From assembly GCA_035280025.1 (NCBI GenBank), contig DATEGT010000255.1, positions 1-55,394 of the forward strand: a DNA stretch of 55,394 bases, in the 5' to 3' direction. How positions within the stretch are numbered: the stretch's first letter is position 1; the number at the start of each line of letters is the position of its first letter. This stretch comes from Burkholderiales bacterium (GTDB taxonomy: Bacteria; Pseudomonadota; Gammaproteobacteria; Burkholderiales; SG8-39). Under the pieces are notes generated by a model. That model saw only the letters and a program-made list of their open reading frames with translations. It was not told the origin of the DNA and searched no databases. Positions 9,525 through 18,752 of the stretch are shown here, in pieces. The translations under genes were made by a program, and so were the position numbers.

Positions 9525-10118
9525 CTACTTCTTTCCGAAATCGACCGTCGGCGGCTTCGCGATCGCCTTCTCGTCCTCGACAGCGAAATTGGGCTTCGCC
9601 TGGTAGCTGAACATCATTGCGGTGAGGTTCGAGGGAAACTGCCGGATCAGCACGTTGTATTCCTGAACGGACTTGATGTAGCGGTTGCGCGCGACCGCGA
9701 TGCGGTTCTCGGTGCCTTCGAGCTGCGCCTGGAGGTCGCGGAAGTTCGCGTCGGACTTGAGCTGCGGATAGTTCTCGGCGACGACGAGGAGGCGCGACAG
9801 CGCCTGTGTCATCTGCGCCTGCGCCTCCTGGAACTTGCGGAACGCCGCCGGGTCGTTGATCAATTCCGGGGTCGCCTGGATGCTCCCCACGCGAGCGCGC
9901 ATTTCGGTCACCTGGGTCAGAACCTGCTGCTCCTGCGCGGCGAATCCCTTGACCGTGTTGACGAGGTTGGGAACGAGGTCGCTGCGCCGCTGGTACTGGT
10001 TGAGCACTTCGGACCACGCAGCCTTGACCTGCTCGTCTCCCCGCTGGATGTCGTTGTAGCCGCAGCCCGACAGGGCCGTTGCCGCGAGAATCATGGAAGC
10101 CGCCCAGAGTTTGCGCAT
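9525..10118 (-). CDS. lemA: LemA family lipoprotein
   Basis: Lipobox LSGC in MRKLWAASMILAATALSGCGYN. Also conserved LemA-like stretches WSEVLNQYQRRSDLVPNLV and NRIAVARNRYI. Confidence 0.85.
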   Translation of the reverse strand: MRKLWAASMILAATALSGCGYNDIQRGDEQVKAAWSEVLNQYQRRSDLVPNLVNTVKGFAAQEQQVLTQVTEMRARVGSIQATPELINDPAAFRKFQEAQAQMTQALSRLLVVAENYPQLKSDANFRDLQAQLEGTENRIAVARNRYIKSVQEYNVLIRQFPSNLTAMMFSYQAKPNFAVEDEKAIAKPPTVDFGKK

Positions 10119-10167
10119 ACGTTTCTCCCGAGTTGCGATGGCGCCTAGATGGAGGTCGGAGGCGCGA

Positions 10168-10923
10168 TTACAAGGCCGCGATCGCGCGCCGCGCGAAGCA
10201 CAGGTCCTCCCAGGCCTTGGCCTTGTCGGGCAGGTTGCGCAGCAGGTACGCCGGATGGTAGGTCACGATGAGCGGAACGCCCTGGTAGCGGTGCAGCCGC
10301 CCGCGCAGGCTCGCGATGCTCGCTTCGGTCCCGAGCAGCGTCTGCACCGCGAACCGGCCCATCGCCAGGATCAGCTTCGGATTGATCAGCTCGAGCTGGC
10401 GCAGCAGGTGCGGCGCGCATTGCGCGACCTCGAAGGGCTCGGGGTTGCGGTTGCCCGGAGGCCGGCACTTGAGCACGTTGCAGATGTAGACGTTCTCGCC
10501 GCGCTTCAGGCCGATCGCGGCGAGCATGTTGTCGAGAAGGCGGCCCGCCTGCCCGACGAAAGGCTCGCCGCGCTGGTCTTCCTCCGCGCCCGGCGCCTCG
10601 CCGACCAACATCCAGTCGGCGTCCTCGTCGCCGACGCCGAACACCGTCTGCGTGCACGTCTTGCGCAGCCCGCAGGCCTCGCAGCCCTTCACGGCCGACT
10701 TCAGGTCCGGCCAGTCCATCTTCAGGATGCGGCCCGCGCGGTCGTCGGCGAGGTCGAGCTTGACGCTTCCGGTGAGTCCCGGAACCGGATCGAAACGCCG
10801 CGTCGCCGGTCGCGCCGGAGCGGGCGGATCGACGGGCGCCGCCGGCGGCTCGCGCCGGCCCCGCAGGCGCCACACGGGGCCGAGCCCCATCTCGCGGAGA
10901 TAGACTTCGCGGCGGCCGGTCAC
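10168..10923 (-). CDS. uracil-DNA glycosylase, family 4
   Basis: CEACGL...VFGVGDEDADWMLVGEAPGAEEDQRGEPFVGQAGRLLDNML and HPAYLLR are family-4 UDG motifs. GTG start at 10921-10923 overlaps the rimI stop by 4 nt. Confidence 0.85.
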   Translation of the reverse strand: MTGRREVYLREMGLGPVWRLRGRREPPAAPVDPPAPARPATRRFDPVPGLTGSVKLDLADDRAGRILKMDWPDLKSAVKGCEACGLRKTCTQTVFGVGDEDADWMLVGEAPGAEEDQRGEPFVGQAGRLLDNMLAAIGLKRGENVYICNVLKCRPPGNRNPEPFEVAQCAPHLLRQLELINPKLILAMGRFAVQTLLGTEASIASLRGRLHRYQGVPLIVTYHPAYLLRNLPDKAKAWEDLCFARRAIAAL

Positions 10924-11378
10924 AGGTCGAGTGCCAGCACGAGCGCGTCCTCGCGCCCCTTGCGCGCGGGATAGTAGCCGCGGCGCACGCCGATCTGCCT
11001 GAAGCCGTAGCCTGCGTACAGGTGCTGCCCGACTTCGTTGGTCGGACGGACCTCCAGGAACAGCACCTTCGCCTTCTGCTCGCGCGCCGCCTGCACCACG
11101 TTGTGCAGCAGCCCGCGCCCGTGCCCGCGGCGCTGCCAGCCGGCGGCGACGCTCAGGTTGAGCAGATGCCCCTCGCCTGCAGCGAGCATCAGCACCGCAT
11201 AGCCGATCACGCGCCTGCCTTCGCGCACCACCCAGCAGGCGTACCCGGCTCGCAGCGAATCGCGGAAATTGCCGAGGGTCCAGGGAAATTCATAGAGGTT
11301 TTCCTCGATCTCGAGCACCGAGCGGAGATCGCTCTCCCGCATCGGCTCGAACCCCGCCGGGCGCAGCACAGCGCTCAT
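10920..11378 (-). CDS. rimI: ribosomal-protein-alanine N-acetyltransferase
   Basis: 152-aa GNAT starting at ATG 11376-11378 (MSAVLRPAGF). Acetyl-CoA motif WQRRGHGRGLL. The track ORF (267 aa) is over-extended. Conserved position after tsaB. Confidence 0.85.
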   Translation of the reverse strand: MSAVLRPAGFEPMRESDLRSVLEIEENLYEFPWTLGNFRDSLRAGYACWVVREGRRVIGYAVLMLAAGEGHLLNLSVAAGWQRRGHGRGLLHNVVQAAREQKAKVLFLEVRPTNEVGQHLYAGYGFRQIGVRRGYYPARKGREDALVLALDL

Positions 11379-12061
11379 GCGCGCTCGCTCGTCTTCTGCG
11401 CCACCTTGTCGCGCAGGTACACGGGCACGGCCGTGGCCGCGTCCTTCGCTTCGCCCGCGGCGAACCGCGGCATCGCGAGCTGGAGGACGGCGCGTGCGCT
11501 CGGCGAAGCGTCGGGGCGGACGGCGAAGACGCGCTCGCCGAGCCGGGCCGCGAGGCGGTCGCGATGCGCGGCGAACCCGTCCCCGCATGCGATCCAGTCC
11601 CGCCCCGGAGGAACCGGCACCGCGTCGGGCTTGCACAGCCCCGGTGCGTGGATTTCCTCCCATGCTTCGCCGGCCCTGACGTACGCCGCGTGGTACACCT
11701 CGCCCATGTGTGCGTCGATGCAAGCGATGACCTTTTCGGCCCCCGACTCTCCCGCGGCCTGCTGGGCCAGGGAGAGCAGCGACCCGACGCCCAGCACCCC
11801 GATCCCGCGGGCAAGCGCGAGTCCCTGGGTCACTCCGGCCGCGATCCGCAGGCCCGTGAACGATCCCGGTCCCGCCCCGTACGCGATGCCTTCGATCTGA
11901 TCGACGCCGAGCTGCGCCTGGGCGAGCAGCTCCTCGATCATGCCGAGCACCTTTTCCGCCTGGTGCTGGAGCGCGGGCTCGCTCCGGGCGTAGAGCGCTC
12001 GACCGCGGCTCGCGGCCACCGAGCAGGAAACGGTCGAGGTGTCGATCGCCAGCAGATTCAT
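11375..12061 (-). CDS. tsaB: tRNA threonylcarbamoyladenosine (t6A) biosynthesis protein TsaB
   Basis: MNLLAIDTSTVSCSVA...GIAYGAGPGSFTGLRIAAGVTQGLA. Start placed at ATG 12059-12061. The stop overlaps the rimI start by 4 nt. Confidence 0.85.
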   Translation of the reverse strand: MNLLAIDTSTVSCSVAASRGRALYARSEPALQHQAEKVLGMIEELLAQAQLGVDQIEGIAYGAGPGSFTGLRIAAGVTQGLALARGIGVLGVGSLLSLAQQAAGESGAEKVIACIDAHMGEVYHAAYVRAGEAWEEIHAPGLCKPDAVPVPPGRDWIACGDGFAAHRDRLAARLGERVFAVRPDASPSARAVLQLAMPRFAAGEAKDAATAVPVYLRDKVAQKTSERA

Positions 12062-12167
12062 GCGCCGAATTCTAGCGGATCGGACACGTTCGAGGTCCTT
12101 GACGCAGCCTGCGTCTGCAACCATCATTCGGCTAGTCGTCGAAACAACATTTCCCGGAGGAGACGCC

Positions 12168-13139
12168 ATGTCGCGCTTGCCGATTTTCGCCGCGCTGTGC
12201 CTTTTCGCGGGGGCCGCTACGGCGCAGGACGCCTATCCCAGCCGCCCGGTCACGATGGTCGTGGCGTTCCCGCCCGGCGGCGTCGCCGACATCACCGCGA
12301 GGCCTACGGCCATCGCCATGGAAAGAGTGCTGAAGCAGCGCGTCATCATCGAGAACAAGCCGGGAGCGGCCGGAGCGACCGGCAACGCCTACGTCGCCCG
12401 CTCGAAGCCCGACGGCTATACGCTTCTCATGGCGCTGTCCTCGATCTCGGTGATCCCCGAGGCGGAGCGCCTGCAGGGCCACAAGCCGCCTTACGAGCTC
12501 TCCGAGCTCGCGCCGATCGCGCTGATCTCGGCCGACCCCGTCGTGCTGGTTGTGCGCGAGGACGCGCCCTGGAAGACCGTCAAGGATTTCGTCGGCGACG
12601 CGAAGGAGCGTCCCGGAAAGATAAGCTACAGCTCTTCGGGCATCTTCGGCGCGCTGCACATGCCGTACACGCTCCTCGAGCACGCCACCGGCATCACGCT
12701 GTGGCACGTGCCGTACAACGGCGGCGGGCCCGCGGTGCAGGCTCTGCTCGGGTCGCAAGTGGACTCCACCGTCGGCGGGCCGGCGGCGATGATCGGCCAG
12801 ATCAAGGGCGGCCGGCTGCGCCCGCTCGCGAGCTTCGGGGGCAAGCGGCTCGCATCGCTTCCCGACGTGCCGACCCTGAAGGAGCTGGGCATAGACGCCG
12901 AGTACTACATCTGGGCGGGAATCATGATCCCGGCGGGGACGCCGTCGGCGGTGCAGCAGAAGCTGCGCGACTCGGTGCGCCAGGCGGTGCAGGATCCCGA
13001 TTTCCGCACCGCGATGGCGAAGGTCGAGACGCCCGTCAGCTATCTCGACGCGCCCGAATTCCGCAAGTACTGGGACGAGGACGCGAAGAAGCTCGCCGAG
13101 GCCGTGAAGCGCGTGAAGATCGTCGAGCAGAAGAAATAG
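12168..13139 (+). CDS. Bug-family (TctC-like) tripartite tricarboxylate transporter solute-binding protein
   Basis: ATG 12168 is preceded by GGAGGA. Signal peptide MSRLPIFAALCLFAGAATAQ, then the Bug signature YPSRPVTMVVAFPPGGVADITAR and NKPGAAGATG. Confidence 0.85.
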   Translation: MSRLPIFAALCLFAGAATAQDAYPSRPVTMVVAFPPGGVADITARPTAIAMERVLKQRVIIENKPGAAGATGNAYVARSKPDGYTLLMALSSISVIPEAERLQGHKPPYELSELAPIALISADPVVLVVREDAPWKTVKDFVGDAKERPGKISYSSSGIFGALHMPYTLLEHATGITLWHVPYNGGGPAVQALLGSQVDSTVGGPAAMIGQIKGGRLRPLASFGGKRLASLPDVPTLKELGIDAEYYIWAGIMIPAGTPSAVQQKLRDSVRQAVQDPDFRTAMAKVETPVSYLDAPEFRKYWDEDAKKLAEAVKRVKIVEQKK

Positions 13140-13145
13140 GACGCG

Positions 13146-14081
13146 ATGGCTGCGGCGCAAGGCAAGGTCATCATCACCTGCGCCGTCACCGGCGCGATCC
13201 ACACGCCGACGATGTCGCCGCATCTTCCGGTCACCCCGGAAGAGATCGCCGAAGGCGCGATCGGCGCGGCCGAGGCCGGCGCGGCGATCGTGCACCTGCA
13301 CGCGCGCGAGCCCGCCGACGGACGGCCGACGCAGGACCCGGCGATGTTCATGCGCTTCCTGCCGGCGATCAAGGCGGCCTCGAACGTGGTCATCAACCTC
13401 ACCACCGGCGGCGCCCCGACGATGACGGTGGAAGAGCGGCTGCAGCCCGCGCTCAAGCTCAAGCCCGAGGTGGCCTCGCTCAACATGGGCTCGATGAACT
13501 TCGGCCTGTACGAGATGCTCGGCCGCTACAAGGAGTGGAAGTACGACTGGGAGAAGCCCTACCTCGCGGGCTCGGACGAACGCATCTTCAAGAACACCTT
13601 CCGCGACATCGCCTACATTCTCGAGTCCTGCAGCGGCAACGACACGCGCTTCGAGGTGGAGTGCTACGACATCGGCCACCTCTACACCGCCGCGCATTTT
13701 CTCGACCGCAAGCTCATCCGCCCGCCGCTCTTCATCCAGTCGGTGTTCGGCATCCGCGGAGGCATCGGCCCGCATCCCGAGGACGTGATGCACATGAAGC
13801 GCACCGCCGATCGCCTGTTCGGCGACGCCTACCTCTGGTCGGTGCTCGGCGCCGGCCGCAACCAGATGTTCGTCGCCGCGATGTCGGCGGTGACGGGCGG
13901 AAACGTGCGCGTGGGCCTCGAGGACAGCCTGTGGCTGGGGCGAGGCACGCTCGCGAAGAGCAACGCCGAGCAGGTCGCGAAGATTCGCCGCATCCTCGAG
14001 GAGCTCGGCCTCGCGGTCGCCACGCCCGACGAGGCGCGACAGATGCTGAAGCTCAAGGGCGGCCGCAACGTCGGATTCTGA
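13146..14081 (+). CDS. 3-keto-5-aminohexanoate cleavage enzyme family protein (BKACE/DUF849)
   Basis: VIITCAVTGAIHTPTMSPHLPVTPEEIAEGAIGAAEAGAAIVHLHAR is the characteristic BKACE N-terminus with Zn-ligand histidines. 311 aa. Confidence 0.85.
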   Translation: MAAAQGKVIITCAVTGAIHTPTMSPHLPVTPEEIAEGAIGAAEAGAAIVHLHAREPADGRPTQDPAMFMRFLPAIKAASNVVINLTTGGAPTMTVEERLQPALKLKPEVASLNMGSMNFGLYEMLGRYKEWKYDWEKPYLAGSDERIFKNTFRDIAYILESCSGNDTRFEVECYDIGHLYTAAHFLDRKLIRPPLFIQSVFGIRGGIGPHPEDVMHMKRTADRLFGDAYLWSVLGAGRNQMFVAAMSAVTGGNVRVGLEDSLWLGRGTLAKSNAEQVAKIRRILEELGLAVATPDEARQMLKLKGGRNVGF

Positions 14082-14082
14082 G

Positions 14083-15138
14083 ATGAAGCGCTACAAGATC
14101 GCGGTCATTCCCGGCGACGGCATCGGCAAGGAGGTGATGCCCGAGGGCGTGCGCGTCGTCGAGGCGGCCGGGCGCAAGTTCGGCATCGAGATCGACTGGG
14201 ACGAGTATCCGTGGAGCTGCGAGTACCGCGCCAGGCACGGGCGCATGATGCCCGAAGACGGCCTGGCGACGATCCGCCGCCACGACGCCGTGTTCTTCGG
14301 CGCGTGCGGATTTCCCGGCGTGCCGGATCACGTTTCGCTGTGGGAGCTGCTCGTTCCCATGCGCCGCGGCTTCGACCTGTACGTGAACCTGCGGCCGGTG
14401 CGCCTCATGCCCGGGATCCAGTCTCCGCTGGCCGGGCGCAAACAGGGCGACATCGACTTCTGGGTGGTGCGCGAAAACACCGAGGGCGAGTACTCGGCGA
14501 TCGGCGGAAGGATCTTCGAGGGCACCGAGCGGGAGTCGGTCGTGCAGCAGAGCACCTTCACCCGCCACGGCACCGACCGCATCCTCAAGTACGCGTTCGA
14601 GCTGGCGAAGAGCCGGCCGAAGAGACATCTCACCTCGGCGACAAAATCGAACGGCATCTCGATCACCATGCCCTACTGGGACGAGCGCGTGCGCGCGATG
14701 GCGGCGCAGTACCCCGACGTGAAGACCGACCAGTACCACATCGACATCCTCACCGCGCACTTCGTGCAGCACCCGGACTGGTTCGACGTGGTGGTCGGGT
14801 CGAACCTCTTCGGCGACATCCTCTCGGATCTCGGACCGGCGTGCACCGGCACCATCGGCATCGCCCCCTCGGGCAACATCAACCCGGAGCGCAAATTCCC
14901 CTCGGTGTTCGAGCCGGTGCACGGCTCGGCGCCCGACATCTACGGCAAGAACATCGCCAACCCGGTCGGGCAGATCTGGTCCGGAGCGATGATGCTTGAC
15001 CACCTGGGACACAAGGACGCGGGCGGCGCGATCGTGCGCGCCATCGAGCGCGTGCTCACCGAAGGCCCGCGCACGCGCGACATCGGCGGCACGGCGTCGA
15101 CCACCGAGGTCGGAAAGGCGATCGCGGCTGCGCTGTAG
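14083..15138 (+). CDS. tartrate dehydrogenase/decarboxylase-like beta-hydroxyacid dehydrogenase (isocitrate/isopropylmalate dehydrogenase family)
   Basis: MKRYKIAVIPGDGIGKEVMPEG..., VRENTEGEYS, NLFGDILSDL, PVHGSAPDI. 351 aa. It starts 1 nt after the BKACE stop. Confidence 0.85.
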   Translation: MKRYKIAVIPGDGIGKEVMPEGVRVVEAAGRKFGIEIDWDEYPWSCEYRARHGRMMPEDGLATIRRHDAVFFGACGFPGVPDHVSLWELLVPMRRGFDLYVNLRPVRLMPGIQSPLAGRKQGDIDFWVVRENTEGEYSAIGGRIFEGTERESVVQQSTFTRHGTDRILKYAFELAKSRPKRHLTSATKSNGISITMPYWDERVRAMAAQYPDVKTDQYHIDILTAHFVQHPDWFDVVVGSNLFGDILSDLGPACTGTIGIAPSGNINPERKFPSVFEPVHGSAPDIYGKNIANPVGQIWSGAMMLDHLGHKDAGGAIVRAIERVLTEGPRTRDIGGTASTTEVGKAIAAAL

Positions 15139-15150
15139 CGCGGAAGGGAC

Positions 15151-15450
15151 TCAGCGCTGGTTCTGGTTCGGGTTCGGCCGGCCGCCGTAGATGTCGCGGC
15201 CGTGGTCGGCGACGTCGCGCCGCAGCTGGCGGCGCTGCTCCGGAGTCATGCGCGCGTCGCGGTTCGCGTCGCGCTGCTGCTGCCTCATGTCGCGCGCGGG
15301 CACCTGCTGAGGAGACGTCGGGCGCCCGGGTCCGGCGTGCCGGCCCCCGCCCTGGGAATGCTGGGCCGAAGCCGCGAACGGAACGAGGGCGAGCGCGAGC
15401 GCGCCGGCGACGGCGAGCAGGACTCCGGCGATCCGCTCCTCTCTTCGCAT
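15151..15450 (-). CDS. small secreted Arg/Gln-rich protein of unknown function
   Basis: 99 aa. Signal peptide AGVLLAVAGALALALVPFAASAQ, then a highly polar mature part containing MTPEQRRQLRRDVADHGRDIY. Divergent from ompR. Confidence 0.5.
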   Translation of the reverse strand: MRREERIAGVLLAVAGALALALVPFAASAQHSQGGGRHAGPGRPTSPQQVPARDMRQQQRDANRDARMTPEQRRQLRRDVADHGRDIYGGRPNPNQNQR

Positions 15451-15471
15451 TTTCGTTCCTCAGGCACCGGC

Positions 15472-15529
15472 GTTTACATTAGGCCCCGTTTGTAAGGCAT
15501 TTGCGACGTCGGCGCGGTCGATTGTAACA
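15472..15529. promoter_or_regulatory. lower-GC divergent control region with GTTTACA-like repeats (candidate OmpR half-sites)
   Basis: GTTTACA at 15472-15478, GTTTGTA at 15488-15494 and TTGTAAC (reverse complement GTTACAA) at 15522-15528. All lie in the 159-nt gap between the small secreted-protein gene and ompR. Confidence 0.3.
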
Positions 15530-15609
15530 ACTTGTTTCGGCGCTTCCCCACGCAACGCGCCGTTACGCTCGCGCTGCAGCCTCTCGGGGCTACGGGTTAC
15601 GATACGCCG

Positions 15610-16335
15610 GTGACCGAGCCCAAGACAAGAATTCTCGTCGTCGACGACGATCTGCGCCTACGCGACCTGCTCCAGCGCTACCTCGCCGAGCAGGGCTTCG
15701 GCGTGCACACGGTCTCCGACGCCCCGGGGATGGACAAGCTGCTCGCGCGCGAGCGCGTGGATCTGCTGGTGCTCGACCTGATGCTCCCGGGCGAGGACGG
15801 GCTGTCGATCTGCCGCAGGCTGCGCGGCGGGAAGAACGCCGTTCCCATCATCATGCTCACGGCCAAGGGCGAGGACGTCGACCGCATCGTCGGCCTCGAG
15901 ATGGGTGCCGACGACTACCTGCCCAAGCCCTTCAACCCGCGAGAGCTGGTGGCGCGCATCAACGCCGTGCTGCGCCGGCGGGCCGCGCCGCTGCCTCCGG
16001 GCGCCCCGGCGGTCGAGCCCGAGAAGGTCAGCTTCGGGAACATGACGGTAAACCTCGCGACGCGCACCCTCGACCGCGACGGGCAGTCGATCTCGCTGAC
16101 CACCGGCGAGTTCGCCCTGCTCAAGGTGCTGGTCACCAACCCCAGAACACCCTTGTCGCGCGACAAACTGATGGAGCTCGCGCGCGGGCGCGAATATGAG
16201 GTGTTCGATCGCTCCATCGACGTCCAGGTCTCGCGCCTGCGCAAGCTCGTCGAAAAGGATCCGGGACATCCCGCATACATCCAGACCGTCTGGGGCTTCG
16301 GCTACGTCTTCGTGCCCGACGGCGAGCTGCAGTGA
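15610..16335 (+). CDS. ompR: two-component response regulator OmpR
   Basis: GTG 15610 gives VTEPKTRILVVDDDLRLRDLLQRYLAEQGF, collinear with the E. coli OmpR N-terminus. Winged-helix C-terminus YIQTVWGFGYVFVP. The track start at 15532 adds 26 unsupported residues. Confidence 0.9.
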   Translation: MTEPKTRILVVDDDLRLRDLLQRYLAEQGFGVHTVSDAPGMDKLLARERVDLLVLDLMLPGEDGLSICRRLRGGKNAVPIIMLTAKGEDVDRIVGLEMGADDYLPKPFNPRELVARINAVLRRRAAPLPPGAPAVEPEKVSFGNMTVNLATRTLDRDGQSISLTTGEFALLKVLVTNPRTPLSRDKLMELARGREYEVFDRSIDVQVSRLRKLVEKDPGHPAYIQTVWGFGYVFVPDGELQ

Positions 16336-17630
16336 CGCTGTGGCCGCGGTCGCTACTGTGGCGCACGTTCCTGCTGCTCGCGGCGCTGGTGGTGGCGACC
16401 CTGGCCGGCTGGTTCCAGATCTTCCGAGCTTACGAGGTCGAGCCGCGCGCCCGCCAGATCTCTCAGAACCTGATCAGCATCGTCAACCTGACGCGCTCGG
16501 CGCTGGTCAATTCCCAGCCTGAGCTGCGGCGCGAGCTGCTCTCCGACCTGGCCGAGCGCGAGGGCATCCAGGTCTATCCGTCCGACCCTGGCGAGAACCT
16601 CGCACCCCCCGTCGACGAGGCGGTCCAGAACCTCGTGCGCGATCTCGTGCGGCGGCAGCTCGGCGAGGACACGCGCTTCGCGAGCGAGCGCGAGGGCAAG
16701 CCCGGATTGTGGCTCTCTTTCCATATCGACGATGATGAGTACTGGCTGAGGATCCCGCGCAGGCGCGTCGAGCGCGAGATAGCGCTGCGCTGGCTGGGCT
16801 GGGGCGTGCTCGCTCTCGCGCTGTCGCTGCTCTCCGCCTACTTCATCGTGTCCCGCCTCAACCGCCCCTTGCGCGCGCTCGCCACGGCCGCAAGCGCCAT
16901 CGGCAAGGGCAAGACGCCCGAAGCGCTCGCCGAGTCCGGCCCCGAGGAGATCCGCACGCTGTCGCGCGCCTTCAACGAGATGTCCGCGGATCTCGCGCGC
17001 CTGGACGCCGACCGCGCCTTGATCCTCGCCGGCGTGTCGCACGACCTGCGCACGCCGCTGTCGCGGCTGCGGCTCGGCCTGGAGATGAGCGGCGCCGAGG
17101 CCCTGCTCAGGGACGGAATGACCGCGGACATCGAGGAGATGGACCGGATCATCAACCAGTTTCTCGACTTCGCGAGGACCGACGGCGGTGAGCCGATGCA
17201 GCGGGCCGATCTCGCCGCGATCGCCGCGGAGGTCGCCGATCATTACCGGCGGCACGGCCGTTCCGTCGCGACCGAGCTCGAGCCGGTGCCGGAGTTCCCC
17301 CTGCAGGCGATGGCGATGCGGCGAGTCGTGCTGAACCTCGTGGACAACGCGCTGCGCTACGGCGAGAAGGACGTCGGCATCTCGGTGCGCCGCGACGTCG
17401 GCGGCGTGCGGCTCGAAGTGACCGACCGCGGTCCGGGCATCCCCGCCTCCGAAGTCGAGCGCCTGAAGCGGCCCTTCACCCGGCTCGAGGTCGCGCGCAG
17501 CGACAAAGGCGGGGCGGGCCTGGGCCTGGCCATCGTCGAGCGCGTGGTGCGCGCACATCGCGGCAGCCTCGGGCTCCTCGAGCGCACCGGGGGCGGCTTG
17601 ATCGTCGAGATCCGGCTTCCGGCCTCCTGA
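16332..17630 (+). CDS. envZ: osmolarity sensor histidine kinase EnvZ-like
   Basis: Two TM segments, a HAMP region, H-box AGVSHDLRTPLSRL, N-box LVDNALRYG and G-box DRGPGIP...GGAGLGLAIV. GTG start overlaps the ompR stop by 4 nt. Confidence 0.85.
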   Translation: MTLWPRSLLWRTFLLLAALVVATLAGWFQIFRAYEVEPRARQISQNLISIVNLTRSALVNSQPELRRELLSDLAEREGIQVYPSDPGENLAPPVDEAVQNLVRDLVRRQLGEDTRFASEREGKPGLWLSFHIDDDEYWLRIPRRRVEREIALRWLGWGVLALALSLLSAYFIVSRLNRPLRALATAASAIGKGKTPEALAESGPEEIRTLSRAFNEMSADLARLDADRALILAGVSHDLRTPLSRLRLGLEMSGAEALLRDGMTADIEEMDRIINQFLDFARTDGGEPMQRADLAAIAAEVADHYRRHGRSVATELEPVPEFPLQAMAMRRVVLNLVDNALRYGEKDVGISVRRDVGGVRLEVTDRGPGIPASEVERLKRPFTRLEVARSDKGGAGLGLAIVERVVRAHRGSLGLLERTGGGLIVEIRLPAS

Positions 17631-17696
17631 AAGCTCCGCCGGCGACGCCGCGCAGGCGGTCTCGGGTACACTTCGCATTCCAAGGGGGTCCCGAAG

Positions 17697-18638
17697 ATGA
17701 AGAAATTGCTTGCCGCTCTGTGCCTTGTCGCCGCGCCCGCGGCCTTCGCCCAGCTCTGCCCGGAGAGGAATCTGCTCTACTGGCAGGCCTTCCCGGCCGG
17801 GGGCGAATCCGACATTTCCGCAAGGCATCAACAGCTGGTGCTGAAGAAGAAATGCCCGTCGATCGAGACCATCATCCAGTACAAGCCCGGCGTCGGCGGC
17901 GCCGTGATGTGGAACCAGCTGAACTCGCTGCCGGGCGACGGGCTCAACGTGGTCGGCATCAATCTTCCGCACATCGTGCTTGCGCCGTTCGAGGGCCAGG
18001 TGCAGTACAAGACCGAGGACATCACGCCGACGTACTGGTTTCACTACACGCCGGACGCGCTGATCGTGCCCGAATCGAGCCCGATCAAGTCGTTCCAGGA
18101 TTTCGTCAAGGCGGCCAAAGCCGACCCGGGCAAGATCACCCTCGGAGGCTCGGGGATCAACTCGGCGAACCACGCCGCGCACGAGCGCCTCGACTCCGAG
18201 TTCGGGATCAAGACGCTGTACATCCCCTACAAGGGCACGGGCGACATGACCGTCGCCATCGCCGGCGGCCACATCAACGGGGCGATGGGCTACTCGGCGT
18301 TCGCCATCAACAACAAGGGCAAGGTGCGCGCCCTCGCGGTGGCGATGGACACGCGCCACCCGATGCTGCCCGACACGCCGACGTTCAAGGAGCTCGGCGT
18401 GAACTGGGTCGACGGCGCATTCCGCGGCATCGGCATGCCCAAGTCCACGCCTCCCGCGCTGCGCAAGCGCATGTCGGACCTGTGGGCGTCGCTGAACAAC
18501 GATCCGGAGATGAAGGAGCTCGCCGCCAGGAGCGGCTTCGAGCTGGTCAACGTCGGCGTGGATCACATGGACGCCTTCATGAAGGAGCGCATCAAGGTCT
18601 ATACCGGAGTCGCCAAGCGCATGGGGCTGGCCAAGTGA
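17697..18638 (+). CDS. Bug-family (TctC-like) solute-binding protein, second copy
   Basis: Signal peptide MKKLLAALCLVAAPAAFAQ. Also YKPGVGGAVMW and YIPYKGTGDMTVAIAGGHI, typical of the Bug family. Confidence 0.85.
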   Translation: MKKLLAALCLVAAPAAFAQLCPERNLLYWQAFPAGGESDISARHQQLVLKKKCPSIETIIQYKPGVGGAVMWNQLNSLPGDGLNVVGINLPHIVLAPFEGQVQYKTEDITPTYWFHYTPDALIVPESSPIKSFQDFVKAAKADPGKITLGGSGINSANHAAHERLDSEFGIKTLYIPYKGTGDMTVAIAGGHINGAMGYSAFAINNKGKVRALAVAMDTRHPMLPDTPTFKELGVNWVDGAFRGIGMPKSTPPALRKRMSDLWASLNNDPEMKELAARSGFELVNVGVDHMDAFMKERIKVYTGVAKRMGLAK

Positions 18639-18752
18639 GGCCCGGCCCGGTCCGGGCGAGCATCTTGTGCCAGAATGTGGCGTTTGCCGTTTCCCGGGGA
18701 CGGCCATAAGCAAAAGAACGCGCAGAACCAGGAACAGAGGGGAGATCCACGC

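Noticed and set aside
18640-18657. The hairpin GCCCGG-CCCGGT-CCGGGC after the second Bug gene, considered as a terminator
   Set aside because: It has only a 6-bp stem and no downstream T-tract. Such GC-rich inverted repeats are expected by chance at this base composition, so I did not call it as a feature.
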